Source of the DNA: Geobacter argillaceus
Lineage (GTDB): Bacteria > Desulfobacterota > Desulfuromonadia > Geobacterales > DSM-12255
NCBI RefSeq assembly: GCF_007830735.1
Contig: NZ_VLLN01000017.1
Span: 14,656-38,655, forward strand
Length of the DNA stretch: 24,000 nucleotides
Direction of reading: 5' to 3'
Every line of letters starts with the position of its first letter. Position 1 is the stretch's first letter. This document shows, piece by piece, positions 1 through 7,632 of this stretch. The translations under genes were made by a program, and so were the position numbers. The notes under the pieces are model-generated. The model made no database searches and was not told the DNA's origin. It saw only the letters and a list, made by a program, of their open reading frames with translations.

Positions 1-491
1 GCAAAGAGCTTCCATGCAGGGATGGCAATGGGAAAGTTCCAGGGGGTAACCAGCGCCACCACCCCGAGCGGCTCGCGCACACTCCGGCACTCCTTGTCCG
101 GGAGTTCTGAGGGAACGGTCTCTCCCTGGAGCCGGCGCCCTTCGCCTGCCATGTAGAAGGCGATGTCGATCGCCTCCTGCACGTCGCCGAGCCCCTCGCT
201 GAGCACCTTGCCCATCTCCCGGGTGACCAGTTCGCCGAGCCGCTGCTTGTCCCGGCTGAGGAGCGCGCCGGCGCGAAAGAGGATCTCCCCCCGCCGTGGG
301 GCCGGCAGGAGGCGCCATCCCGGCAGGGCCGCCCTGGCTGCGGCCACGGACCGGTCCACGTCCCTCTTCCCGGACAGGGGCGCCCCGGCGACCGTGTCGC
401 GGGTATCGGCCGGATTGCGGCTGGCGAATTGCTGCCCGTCCGAGGCTTCGCACCAAGTTCCGGCGATGAAATTCCTGACCAGTTCGACCAT
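1..491 (-). CDS. Aldehyde dehydrogenase family protein, N-terminal ~163 codons (3' end runs off the window)
   Basis: Absent from the ORF track because it is open at the window edge. Reverse complement from ATG 491..489 reads MVELVRNFIAGTWCEASDGQQFASRNPADTRD...EPLGVVALVTPWNFPIAIPAWKLF. VTPWNFP is the ALDH-superfamily motif, also present (ITPWNFP) in the neighbouring gabD-like ORF. GGGAGG Shine-Dalgarno at 498..503 (minus). Confidence 0.8.
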   Translation of the reverse strand, partial: MVELVRNFIAGTWCEASDGQQFASRNPADTRDTVAGAPLSGKRDVDRSVAAARAALPGWRLLPAPRRGEILFRAGALLSRDKQRLGELVTREMGKVLSEGLGDVQEAIDIAFYMAGEGRRLQGETVPSELPDKECRSVREPLGVVALVTPWNFPIAIPAWKLF

Positions 492-549
492 GGCACACCT
501 CCCTGTGCTTTTTTGGGCCCGGCCTCTGCCGGACCGTCACTGCGAGACG

Positions 550-2004
550 TCAGATCCCCCCCATGCAGAGATACTTGATCTCCAGGAAATCATCGACGCC
601 GTACTTGGACCCCTCCCTGCCGAAACCAGATTCCTTCATGCCGCCGAACGGGGCAACCGCGGTGGAAATAATGCCGGTGTTGATGCCGACGATACCGTAC
701 TCGACCCCTTCGGCAACGCGCCAGACCCTACCGATGTCGCGGGTATAGAAATAGGCGGCAAGACCAAATTCGGTGTCGTTGGCCACCCGGATTGCCTCTT
801 CTTCGGTGCGGAACCGGAAGAGCGGCGCCACAGGTCCGAAGGTCTCCTCGCGGGCGACCGCCATGTCGCTGGTGACGTCGGCCAGCACGGTGGGCTGGAA
901 AAACGTTTTCCCCAATTCGTGCCGCTTGCCACCGCATAGTATCCGAGCCCCTTTGGCAACGGCATCGGCGATATGCTCCTCCACCTTTGCCACCGCGTTC
1001 ATGTCGATGAGAGGTCCCTGCTGGGCATCTCCCTTGAGACCGTCCCCCACCTTCAGGGCAGAGACCGCAGCCACCAGCCTGGCCGCAAAGGCCTCGTACA
1101 CCCCCTCCTGCACCAGGAACCGGTTGGTGCAGACGCAGGTCTGGCCGGTATTGCGGTATTTGGAGGCGATCGCCCCCTCCACGGCGGCATCCAGATCGGC
1201 ATCGTCAAAAACCATGAACGGCGCATTCCCGCCCAGTTCCAGGGCGAGCTTCTTCACCGTGCCGGCACACTGCTCCATGAGCAGCTTGCCGATCTCCGTC
1301 GAGCCGGTGAAGGTGAGCTTGCGGACAATGGGGTTGGCGGTCATCTCCCCGCCAATCGGGCCGGAAGAACCGGTGACCACGTTGAACACCCCTGGGGGCA
1401 CGCCGGCCCGGCTGGCCAGTTCGGCCAGCGCCAAGGCCGAGTAAGGAGTCATGGTGGCCGGCTTGACCACCATGGTGCACCCCACAGCCAGGGCCGGCCC
1501 GGCCTTGCGCGTGATCATCGCCGACGGAAAGTTCCAGGGGGTTATGGCGGCACAGACACCTACCGGCTCCTTGATGACCACGATCCGCTTGTCCTTTTGG
1601 TGCGGAGGAATGGTGTCGCCGTAGACCCGTTTCCCCTCCTCGGCGAACCACTCCAGGAACGACGCGGCATAGGCGATCTCACCCCGGGACTCGGCCAGCG
1701 GTTTCCCCTGCTCTGCTGTCATCAGCACGGCCAGGTCTTCCTGGTTTTCCAGCATTAATTCGGACCACCTGCGGATGATGGCCGAGCGCTCCGCCGCGGT
1801 CCTGCTTCGCCAGGCGGGATAGGCCGCATTGGCCGCCTCTATGGCCCTGCGGGTCTCGGCTGCGCCCATCTTCGGGATAGTGCCGATGGTATCGCCGGTA
1901 GCCGGGTTGGTGACGGCAATGCGTTCGCCATTGTCGGCATCGAGCCATTGGCCGTTGATGGAGCATTGCATACGTAACAGTGACGGGTCTTTCAAGGTGA
2001 ACAT
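550..2004 (-). CDS. gabD: NAD(P)-dependent succinate-semialdehyde dehydrogenase (ALDH superfamily)
   Basis: 484-aa ORF with ALDH motifs ITPWNFP, ELGGNAP and GQTCVCTNR. Overall resemblance to GabD-type SSADH from the N-terminus (INGQWLDADNGERIAVTNPATGDTIGTIPKMGAAETRRAIEAA). AGGAGG SD at 2010..2015 (minus). Confidence 0.88.
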   Translation of the reverse strand: MFTLKDPSLLRMQCSINGQWLDADNGERIAVTNPATGDTIGTIPKMGAAETRRAIEAANAAYPAWRSRTAAERSAIIRRWSELMLENQEDLAVLMTAEQGKPLAESRGEIAYAASFLEWFAEEGKRVYGDTIPPHQKDKRIVVIKEPVGVCAAITPWNFPSAMITRKAGPALAVGCTMVVKPATMTPYSALALAELASRAGVPPGVFNVVTGSSGPIGGEMTANPIVRKLTFTGSTEIGKLLMEQCAGTVKKLALELGGNAPFMVFDDADLDAAVEGAIASKYRNTGQTCVCTNRFLVQEGVYEAFAARLVAAVSALKVGDGLKGDAQQGPLIDMNAVAKVEEHIADAVAKGARILCGGKRHELGKTFFQPTVLADVTSDMAVAREETFGPVAPLFRFRTEEEAIRVANDTEFGLAAYFYTRDIGRVWRVAEGVEYGIVGINTGIISTAVAPFGGMKESGFGREGSKYGVDDFLEIKYLCMGGI

Positions 2005-2110
2005 TCAAACCTCCTTCTGCTGGATGTGATGCATAACGACATGCGAATCCTTAACTGGATATGGTTTAAAGTTTATCATCTTGTTTTCAGGTAAGCCAGT
2101 GTACGCCCCC

Positions 2111-2144
2111 AAAATCTAAAAGGGCCGCGTGAGCGGCCCTTTTA
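2111..2144 (-). terminator. Rho-independent terminator after the small membrane-protein gene
   Basis: Stem aaaagggccgc (2118..2128), loop gtga, stem gcggccctttt (2133..2143). On the minus strand it is followed by ttttagatttt. Lies 40 nt downstream of the stop at 2184. Confidence 0.75.
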
Positions 2145-2183
2145 GTTCCCTGCCAGTACAATTTACGTCACATCTTCTCCCAG

Positions 2184-2414
2184 CTATACATCGGCATTGG
2201 CGCTGACTTTGGTCTCCTTTTTCAGCCCTTTGGCAAAGCCCAGTATCATCATCACTGCCGGCAGCAACTGGCCGATTACGATCAGGGCGCAGAACCCGAG
2301 GAATACCCAAACGAAGATGCCACTGTTGTCTTCACGTACCCCGGTCGCTGCGAATGCGGTGGCGGCCGGTACCAGCCCTGCGATTGTTCCGAAGAGTGCG
2401 GTTGACGGTTTCAT
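2184..2414 (-). CDS. Small (76 aa) hypothetical membrane protein, two hydrophobic segments
   Basis: ORF-track ORF 2184..2435. I prefer the internal ATG at 2414..2412 (MKPSTALFGTIAGLVPAATAFA...) because AAGGAGGA sits 4 nt upstream. Signal-like N-terminus plus the hydrophobic stretch IFVWVFLGFCALIVIGQLLPAVMMILGF. Own terminator downstream. No family recognised. Confidence 0.55.
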   Translation of the reverse strand: MKPSTALFGTIAGLVPAATAFAATGVREDNSGIFVWVFLGFCALIVIGQLLPAVMMILGFAKGLKKETKVSANADV

Positions 2415-2787
2415 GGCATCCTCCTTTTCTTTCATGGATTTAATGCTATTGTCTTACCTCTTAGCATCAGGTGTGCCGTTATTATTTTTTATTAATTACA
2501 AAATCGCAACACACTGGTTTTGCGTACTAATTTCACGGCGTGCCGTAACGTAGTCCATCATACTCCTCTCGTGGAATGCAGGCCCGGTGTATGGCAAAAC
2601 CATACGGTTTCATTGACCGACACGTCTCCTCAGCCCGACCACCGGAGCTATCTCCGCTGATTCTAAGAGCTATTTCCCGCATGAAGGGGTGTATAAAAAA
2701 GCATACGTCAGGCGGTCAGCGGTTGTGGCCCACGTAAAAACAATTGCCGCTGCCATGAGAATGGTGCTATACAGGTAAGCGACTGTG

Positions 2788-2820
2788 AACCACAGGGAAA
2801 ACCTGTGGTTTTTTATTTTT
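2788..2820 (+). terminator. Leader (attenuator-like) rho-independent terminator immediately upstream of the ABC-F start
   Basis: Perfect 9-bp stem aaccacagg (2788..2796) / cctgtggtt (2802..2810), loop gaaaa, then tttttt-a-ttttt. It ends about 24 nt before ATG 2844. The track's GTG start at 2805 would lie inside this hairpin. Confidence 0.7.
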
Positions 2821-2843
2821 CGGCAAAAAGGAATGGTTCAACG

Positions 2844-4481
2844 ATGATCAGCGCAAACGACATAACCCTCTCCTACGGCAAGAGGGTCCTCTTCAAGGAC
2901 GTCAACATCAAGTTCACGCCGGGTAACTGCTATGGGCTGATCGGCGCCAACGGCGCCGGCAAATCCACCTTCCTCAAGATCCTTGCCGGCGAGGTGGAAC
3001 CGGACAAGGGAACCATCTCGGTCGGCCCGCGGGAACGGATCGCGGTGCTCAAGCAGGACCAGTTCGCCTATGACGAGCAGACGGTCTTCAACACGGTGAT
3101 CATGGGGCATGCCCGACTGTACGAGGTGATGGCCGAGCGGGAGGCGCTCTACGCCAAGAGCGATTTCAACGAGGAAGATGGCGTCCGCTCGGCCGAACTG
3201 GAGGCCGAGTTTGCCGAGATGAACGGCTACGAGGCCGAGTCCGAGGCAGCGGTGCTCCTGAACGGCCTCGGCATCCCCGAGGAACTGCGCACCCTGAAGA
3301 TGAAGGAACTGGAGGGTGGAGACAAGGTCCGGGTGCTGCTGGCCCAGGCCTTGTTCGGCAGCCCGGACATCCTGCTCCTGGACGAACCGACCAACCACCT
3401 GGATCTGAAATCAATCTCCTGGCTGGAGGACTTTCTCTACCGGTTCCCGAACACCGTCATCGTCGTTTCCCACGACCGGCACTTCCTGAACCAGGTCTGT
3501 ACCCATGTGGCCGACATCGATTTCGGGATGATCAAAGTCTACGTGGGGAACTACGACTTCTGGTACCAGGCGAGCCAGCTCACCCTGAAGCAGAAGCAGG
3601 ACGAAAACCGGAAGGTCACCGACAAGGCCAACGAACTGAAGGAATTCATTCAGCGTTTCTCCTCCAACGCCTCCAAGGCCAAGCAGGCCACCTCGCGGAA
3701 ACGGCTCCTGGAAAAACTGACCATTGAGGAGATGCCGGTCTCGTCCCGCAAGTACCCCTACGTGGTATTCAAGCCGGAACGGGCCTGCGGCGACATCATC
3801 CTGGAGATCCAGGGGCTCTCCAAGGCAATCGATGGCGAACAGGTACTGAACGACCTGACCCTCACGGTCAACAAGGGGGACAAAATCGCCCTTGTCGGCG
3901 GCAACGGCCTGGCCAAGACCACCCTGTTCCAGATCCTGGCCGGTGAACTGGAGCCGGACGCCGGCTCCTTCCGCTGGGGGGTGACCATCACATCCGCCTA
4001 TTTCCCCAAGGAAAACCGGACCTACTTTGAAAACGACCTGAACCTGATCGAATGGCTCGGCCAGTATTCGCCCCCAACCGAGGGGGAGACGTTCGCCCGT
4101 GGCTTCCTCGGTCGGATGCTTTTTTCCGGTGATGAGGCGACCAAGAAGACCAGCGTCCTCTCCGGCGGGGAGCGGGTCCGCTGCATGCTGTCGCGGATGA
4201 TGCTGGCGGGCGCCAACGCCCTGATCCTTGACGAACCGACCAACCACCTGGACCTGGAATCCATCACGGCCCTGAACAACGGCCTGATCTCCTTCAGCGA
4301 GGTGATCCTGTTCGCCTCCCACGACCATGAATTCGTCTCCACCGTGGCCAACCGGATCGTGGAGTTCACCCCCGGCGGGATCATCGACCGGGTAATGCCG
4401 TTCGACGAATACCTGGAAAGCGCGGATATCGCCCGGATCAGGGACGAACTCTGCCATGGGCACCGGGATCTCGACCTGTAA
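2844..4481 (+). CDS. ABC-F family ATPase (YbiT-like, two ABC domains, no transmembrane domain)
   Basis: Two Walker A motifs (GANGAGKST, GGNGLAKTT), two signature/Walker B regions (LEGGDKVRVLLAQAL..LLLDEPTNHLD, LSGGERVRCMLSRMM..LILDEPTNHLD) and a charged inter-domain linker (KQKQDENRKVTDKANELKEF). Start moved to ATG 2844 (MISANDITLSYGKR...), downstream of the leader terminator. Confidence 0.9.
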   Translation: MISANDITLSYGKRVLFKDVNIKFTPGNCYGLIGANGAGKSTFLKILAGEVEPDKGTISVGPRERIAVLKQDQFAYDEQTVFNTVIMGHARLYEVMAEREALYAKSDFNEEDGVRSAELEAEFAEMNGYEAESEAAVLLNGLGIPEELRTLKMKELEGGDKVRVLLAQALFGSPDILLLDEPTNHLDLKSISWLEDFLYRFPNTVIVVSHDRHFLNQVCTHVADIDFGMIKVYVGNYDFWYQASQLTLKQKQDENRKVTDKANELKEFIQRFSSNASKAKQATSRKRLLEKLTIEEMPVSSRKYPYVVFKPERACGDIILEIQGLSKAIDGEQVLNDLTLTVNKGDKIALVGGNGLAKTTLFQILAGELEPDAGSFRWGVTITSAYFPKENRTYFENDLNLIEWLGQYSPPTEGETFARGFLGRMLFSGDEATKKTSVLSGGERVRCMLSRMMLAGANALILDEPTNHLDLESITALNNGLISFSEVILFASHDHEFVSTVANRIVEFTPGGIIDRVMPFDEYLESADIARIRDELCHGHRDLDL

Positions 4482-4512
4482 CCGAGGCCGAAACCAAACA
4501 AGAAAAACCAAG

Positions 4513-4620
4513 GCATTCAACGCGGATCAACGCTGATGTAAGCGGATTGACGCGGATAACAACGGATACTCCGTCTCAGCCCAGATCCTTGCTAATCCGC
4601 GTCCATCCGTGTTGAATTGC
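4513..4620 (+). repeat. Phased decamer repeat array (5 direct + 2 inverted copies of ACGCGGAT-like motif); candidate structured RNA or protein-binding array
   Basis: Direct units: caacgcggat 4518..4527, caacgctgat 4528..4537, gtaagcggat 4538..4547, tgacgcggat 4548..4557, aacaacggat 4558..4567, with an exact 10-bp period. Inverted copies: atccgcg 4595..4601 and atccgtg 4605..4611. As RNA, 4513..4527 pairs with 4605..4620 (15 bp, one bulge, one GU) and 4549..4557 pairs with 4595..4603 (9 bp perfect). Confidence 0.5.
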
Positions 4621-4650
4621 AGTTCATGTTTGCTTATTTTCAAACAACGA

Positions 4651-4693
4651 GAAAAGGCTGTACGGTCATTGCCGCACAGCCTTTTCTTTTTTC
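4651..4693 (+). terminator. Rho-independent terminator (ABC-F transcript / candidate 3' RNA)
   Basis: Stem gaaaaggctgt (4651..4661) / acagccttttc (4676..4686), followed by a T-run (cttttctttttt). Confidence 0.75.
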
Positions 4694-5028
4694 GTAGGCG
4701 ATCCCGCCTCAGGCGGAATTTTCCGGCAGGGGTTGCCTGCCATCAGGTGTTACAGCATGGATTGTCTCGAGCTGCTTCGACCCTCGCCTCCTTTCTGAAC
4801 CTCATGCCTTGATGTTCCGTCGATCCTCGCTGCCGGCTGAGGTCCGTCCTGAAACCGTTGCCAAAGGTGTTCTCTTTGGCTGTTTACCGGGATAACAGCT
4901 CCCGTATGAATTTCAATCGACACCCCCCTGACTAACTTGAGCAGAAACTTTGGCACTTCAGAGCGCGCAAAAAGATAGTACACTTTCAGCATGGTGGCAG
5001 ACGATTGCCTGGTGAGGGGAGGTAGGAG

Positions 5029-5391
5029 ATGGACGAGATCAGCTATGACAACATCGGCCCGACCAAGGTCATCAGGCTTTACTCGGCCAAGGAACAACTG
5101 AGGGCCGTGGTGGTGATCGACAATACCGCCCTAGGCCCGGCCATCGGCGGGGTGCGGGTTTCGCCCACCGTGGACGTAACCGAGGTCTGGCGCCTGGCGC
5201 GGACCATGACCCTCAAGAACTCCATCGGCGGCCTGCCGCTGGACACACTGGGAGCAACCGGGTTCGGCTTGGCCGAATGCGCGGAAGTGGCAGCACCGCT
5301 CGCCGGCATCGAGCTTGCGGACGCCCGCGTCGCCGCGGAGGCGATTGCCAGGGAACGGGTGCTGAAGGCAATGGGGTATAGGGATTACTGA
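5029..5391 (+). pseudogene. Glu/Leu/Phe/Val dehydrogenase relic (in-frame collapsed, 120 codons instead of ~350)
   Basis: Residues 1-70 (…AVVVIDNTALGPAIGGVRVSPTVDVTEVWRLARTMTLKNSIGGLP) match the N-terminal substrate domain of Leu/Val dehydrogenases. The GGGK catalytic-Lys segment is missing. A short GATGFGL...GIELADARVA piece follows, then directly a C-terminal-like tail (AEAIARERVLKAMGYRDY). The whole Rossmann domain is absent. Strong GGAGGTAGGAG SD is retained. Confidence 0.65.
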
Positions 5392-5476
5392 CCTGGATTC
5401 TCCCCTCCTGACCTCCCCCCGCTGGGTGGAGAAATACTCGTCCCCTGCCCCTCCGGGGGAGGGGCAGGGAGGGGCG

Positions 5477-6667
5477 CTACGTCCCCTCCAGGAACAGCAG
5501 GGCCGGGTCCTCCAGATAGCGGACCACTTTGCCGAGGAACAGGGCCGCATCGGCACCGTCGGTGACCCGGTGGTCGAAGGTGAGCGAAAGGGAAACGATC
5601 CGGCGGATGGCGATGGCACCCCGATGGACCCAGGGCTTTTCTGCGATCCGGCCGCAGCCGAGGATCGCCACGTCCGGCCAGTTGATGATCGGGGTGGCAT
5701 AGGTGCCGCCAAAATGGCCGTAGTTGGTGATGGTGAACGTGCTCCCCTTCAGCTCGTCCAGAGAGATGGTCCGCTCCCGCGCCTTCTTTCCCAGCTGCTG
5801 GATCTCTTCCGCCAGGTCCAGGATGCTCTTTTTGTCCACGTCCCTGATCACCGGCACCATAAGTCCTTCCTCGGTCTCCACCGCAATGCCGAAGTGGTAA
5901 TGACGCTTCAGGACGATCTCCTGTGCGGCGTCGTCAATCGATCCGTTCAGGTAGGGATGCTCCCGGAGGGCGTGCTGGGCCGCCTTGATGAAGAACGGGA
6001 GGAAGGTCAGGTGGGTGCCGTGGTGCGCCTCCACCTCCTGCTGCTCCCGGTTCCTGATCTTCCAGAGGTCGGTCATATCGGCCTCGTCCATGGTGGTGAC
6101 AAAGGCGGTCAGCTGCTGCGCTGCGCCCAGATGCCGGGCAATGGTCCGCCGCACGCCGCGCAGCGGCAACCGCTCCACCGGACCGGACGGCTCTTCCCTC
6201 CCGCTGACAGGTTGGGCAACCGGCTCCAGGTCTTCCGGGGTAACGCTGCCATGGGGGCCGCTGCCACGAATGGTGGTCAAGTCGATTCCCCGCTCGCGGG
6301 CCAGCTTCCGCACCATCGGCGTGGCCCGCACCTCGCGCTGCTCCACTGGCGGAGGAGCCGGTTCTTCTTCCTCTTCGGGAAGTACGCCGACGATCCCCAC
6401 CGACTTCGGCCTCCCGCTAACCTCCTCCCCTTGGGCAGCGATGGCGAGCAGCGGCTCGCCGACCTTCACCGTTTCGCCTTCGCGCCGCAGGAGCCGGGCA
6501 ACGATCCCGGCGCGGGGGGTGGGGACCTCCACCACCGCCTTGTCGCTCTCCACCTCCAGCACGGTCTGGTGTTCGGCGACCCGGTCCCCCTCCCTGACCA
6601 GCCACCGGCGCAGTTCCACTTCGGCAATCCCCTCCCCCAGGTCGGGGAGCCTGAATTCATAGGGCAT
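5477..6667 (-). CDS. 2-oxoacid dehydrogenase complex E2 (dihydrolipoamide acyltransferase, branched-chain type)
   Basis: Lipoyl domain with VESDKAVVEVPTP, E3/E1-binding domain (ATPMVRKLARERGIDLTTIRGSGPHGSVT) and catalytic domain with DHRVTDGA. The start is 1 nt from the E1beta stop. Confidence 0.9.
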   Translation of the reverse strand: MPYEFRLPDLGEGIAEVELRRWLVREGDRVAEHQTVLEVESDKAVVEVPTPRAGIVARLLRREGETVKVGEPLLAIAAQGEEVSGRPKSVGIVGVLPEEEEEPAPPPVEQREVRATPMVRKLARERGIDLTTIRGSGPHGSVTPEDLEPVAQPVSGREEPSGPVERLPLRGVRRTIARHLGAAQQLTAFVTTMDEADMTDLWKIRNREQQEVEAHHGTHLTFLPFFIKAAQHALREHPYLNGSIDDAAQEIVLKRHYHFGIAVETEEGLMVPVIRDVDKKSILDLAEEIQQLGKKARERTISLDELKGSTFTITNYGHFGGTYATPIINWPDVAILGCGRIAEKPWVHRGAIAIRRIVSLSLTFDHRVTDGADAALFLGKVVRYLEDPALLFLEGT

Positions 6668-6668
6668 G

Positions 6669-7631
6669 TCAGTACCTCATCACGTCGTCAATGGCGCCGG
6701 TAATCTGCTCCACAGTCGGCAGATAGCTGTCCTCCAGCTTCGGCAGCGGCATGGTGACATCCGGCGCCGCCACCCGGAGTATCGGTCCCCGCAGGGATAG
6801 GATCGCTTCCTCCGCAATGGTGGCGGCGATCTCGGCACCGAACCCGCCGGTCTTTACCGCCTCCTGGACGATCACCACCCGGCCGGTCTTCCTGACCGAG
6901 GCAAGGATGGTCGCGCTGTCGAACGGATTCAGGGTCAGGAGGTCGATCACCTCGACATCGTACGGCCCAACCGTCTTCAGCACCCGCTCCAGCATGCTCC
7001 CCCAGGCGATGACCGTCACCCCGGCCCCCTCCCGCACCACCCGGGCCTTGCCGAGCGGGACGGTGTACTCCCCCTCCGGCACCTCTTCCCTGATGAGCCG
7101 GTAGAGCCGGGTCGGCTCCAGGAAGAGGACCGGATCGGGATCGCGCAGCGCCGCCAGGAGCAGCCCCTTGGCCGTGTACGGCCCGGATGGCACCACCACC
7201 TTGATCCCCGGCATATGGCAGAAGAACGCCTCCGTGCTCTCCTCGTGCAGCTCCGGCGCCTTGATCCCGCCACCGTAGGGGGTCCGGACCACCAGGGGGC
7301 AGGTGAAGCGGCCGCGGGAACGGGCGCGGAGCCGGGCAGCATGGGAGAACAACTGGTCAAAGGCACCATACAGGAACCCCATGAACTGGATTTCCGCCAC
7401 CGGCCTGAGACCGTAGGCTGCCATGCCGATGGCGGCCCCGACAATGGCCGACTCGGCCAGGGGAGTATCGATCACCCGCTCGCTGCCGAACCGGTCAAAG
7501 AGCCCCTCGGTAACCCGAAAGACCCCGCCGTCCCGCCCCACATCCTCGCCGAGCACGACCACCCGGTCGTCCCGGGCCATCTCCTCCTGCAGGGCCAGAT
7601 TGATGGCCTGTACCATGGTGAGCTTCGCCAT
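6669..7631 (-). CDS. 2-oxoisovalerate/pyruvate-type dehydrogenase E1 beta subunit
   Basis: Transketolase-like E1 beta sequence from MAKLTMVQAINLALQEEMARDDRVVVLGEDVG. ATG 7631..7629 is preceded by GGAGGG and sits 1 nt after the E1alpha stop (7635..7633). The track's 87-codon N-terminal extension (Pro/Arg-rich) overlaps E1alpha and is rejected. Confidence 0.88.
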   Translation of the reverse strand: MAKLTMVQAINLALQEEMARDDRVVVLGEDVGRDGGVFRVTEGLFDRFGSERVIDTPLAESAIVGAAIGMAAYGLRPVAEIQFMGFLYGAFDQLFSHAARLRARSRGRFTCPLVVRTPYGGGIKAPELHEESTEAFFCHMPGIKVVVPSGPYTAKGLLLAALRDPDPVLFLEPTRLYRLIREEVPEGEYTVPLGKARVVREGAGVTVIAWGSMLERVLKTVGPYDVEVIDLLTLNPFDSATILASVRKTGRVVIVQEAVKTGGFGAEIAATIAEEAILSLRGPILRVAAPDVTMPLPKLEDSYLPTVEQITGAIDDVMRY

Positions 7632-7632
7632 G

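Noticed and set aside
163-1758. Long plus-strand ORFs (163..939, 773..1444, 973..1758) and minus-strand ORFs in other frames overlapping gabD
   Set aside because: They are antisense or out of frame to a clearly homologous ALDH/GabD ORF. Their Arg/Pro/Gly/Ser-rich low-complexity translations are typical of high-GC shadow frames. No SD and no recognisable domains.
2755-2778. 7-codon leader peptide uORF as an annotated CDS
   Set aside because: No Shine-Dalgarno and too short to evaluate. It is kept only as a hypothesis in the ABC-F leader finding.
2838-4520. Minus-strand ORFs 3411..4520 (369 aa), 2838..3398 and 4022..4516, antisense to the ABC-F gene
   Set aside because: Shadow ORFs of a high-confidence ABC-F CDS. 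Translations are low-complexity and have no motifs.
4750-5097. 115-aa minus-strand ORF in the ABC-F / dehydrogenase-relic spacer
   Set aside because: No SD and no family resemblance. It overlaps the relic's RBS and start, and its composition is not coding-like.
5426-6703. 425-aa plus-strand ORF, plus 5985..6662 and 5131..5712, overlapping the E2 gene
   Set aside because: They are antisense to an ORF with unambiguous lipoyl, PSBD and catalytic domains. Composition is Gly/Pro/Arg-rich.
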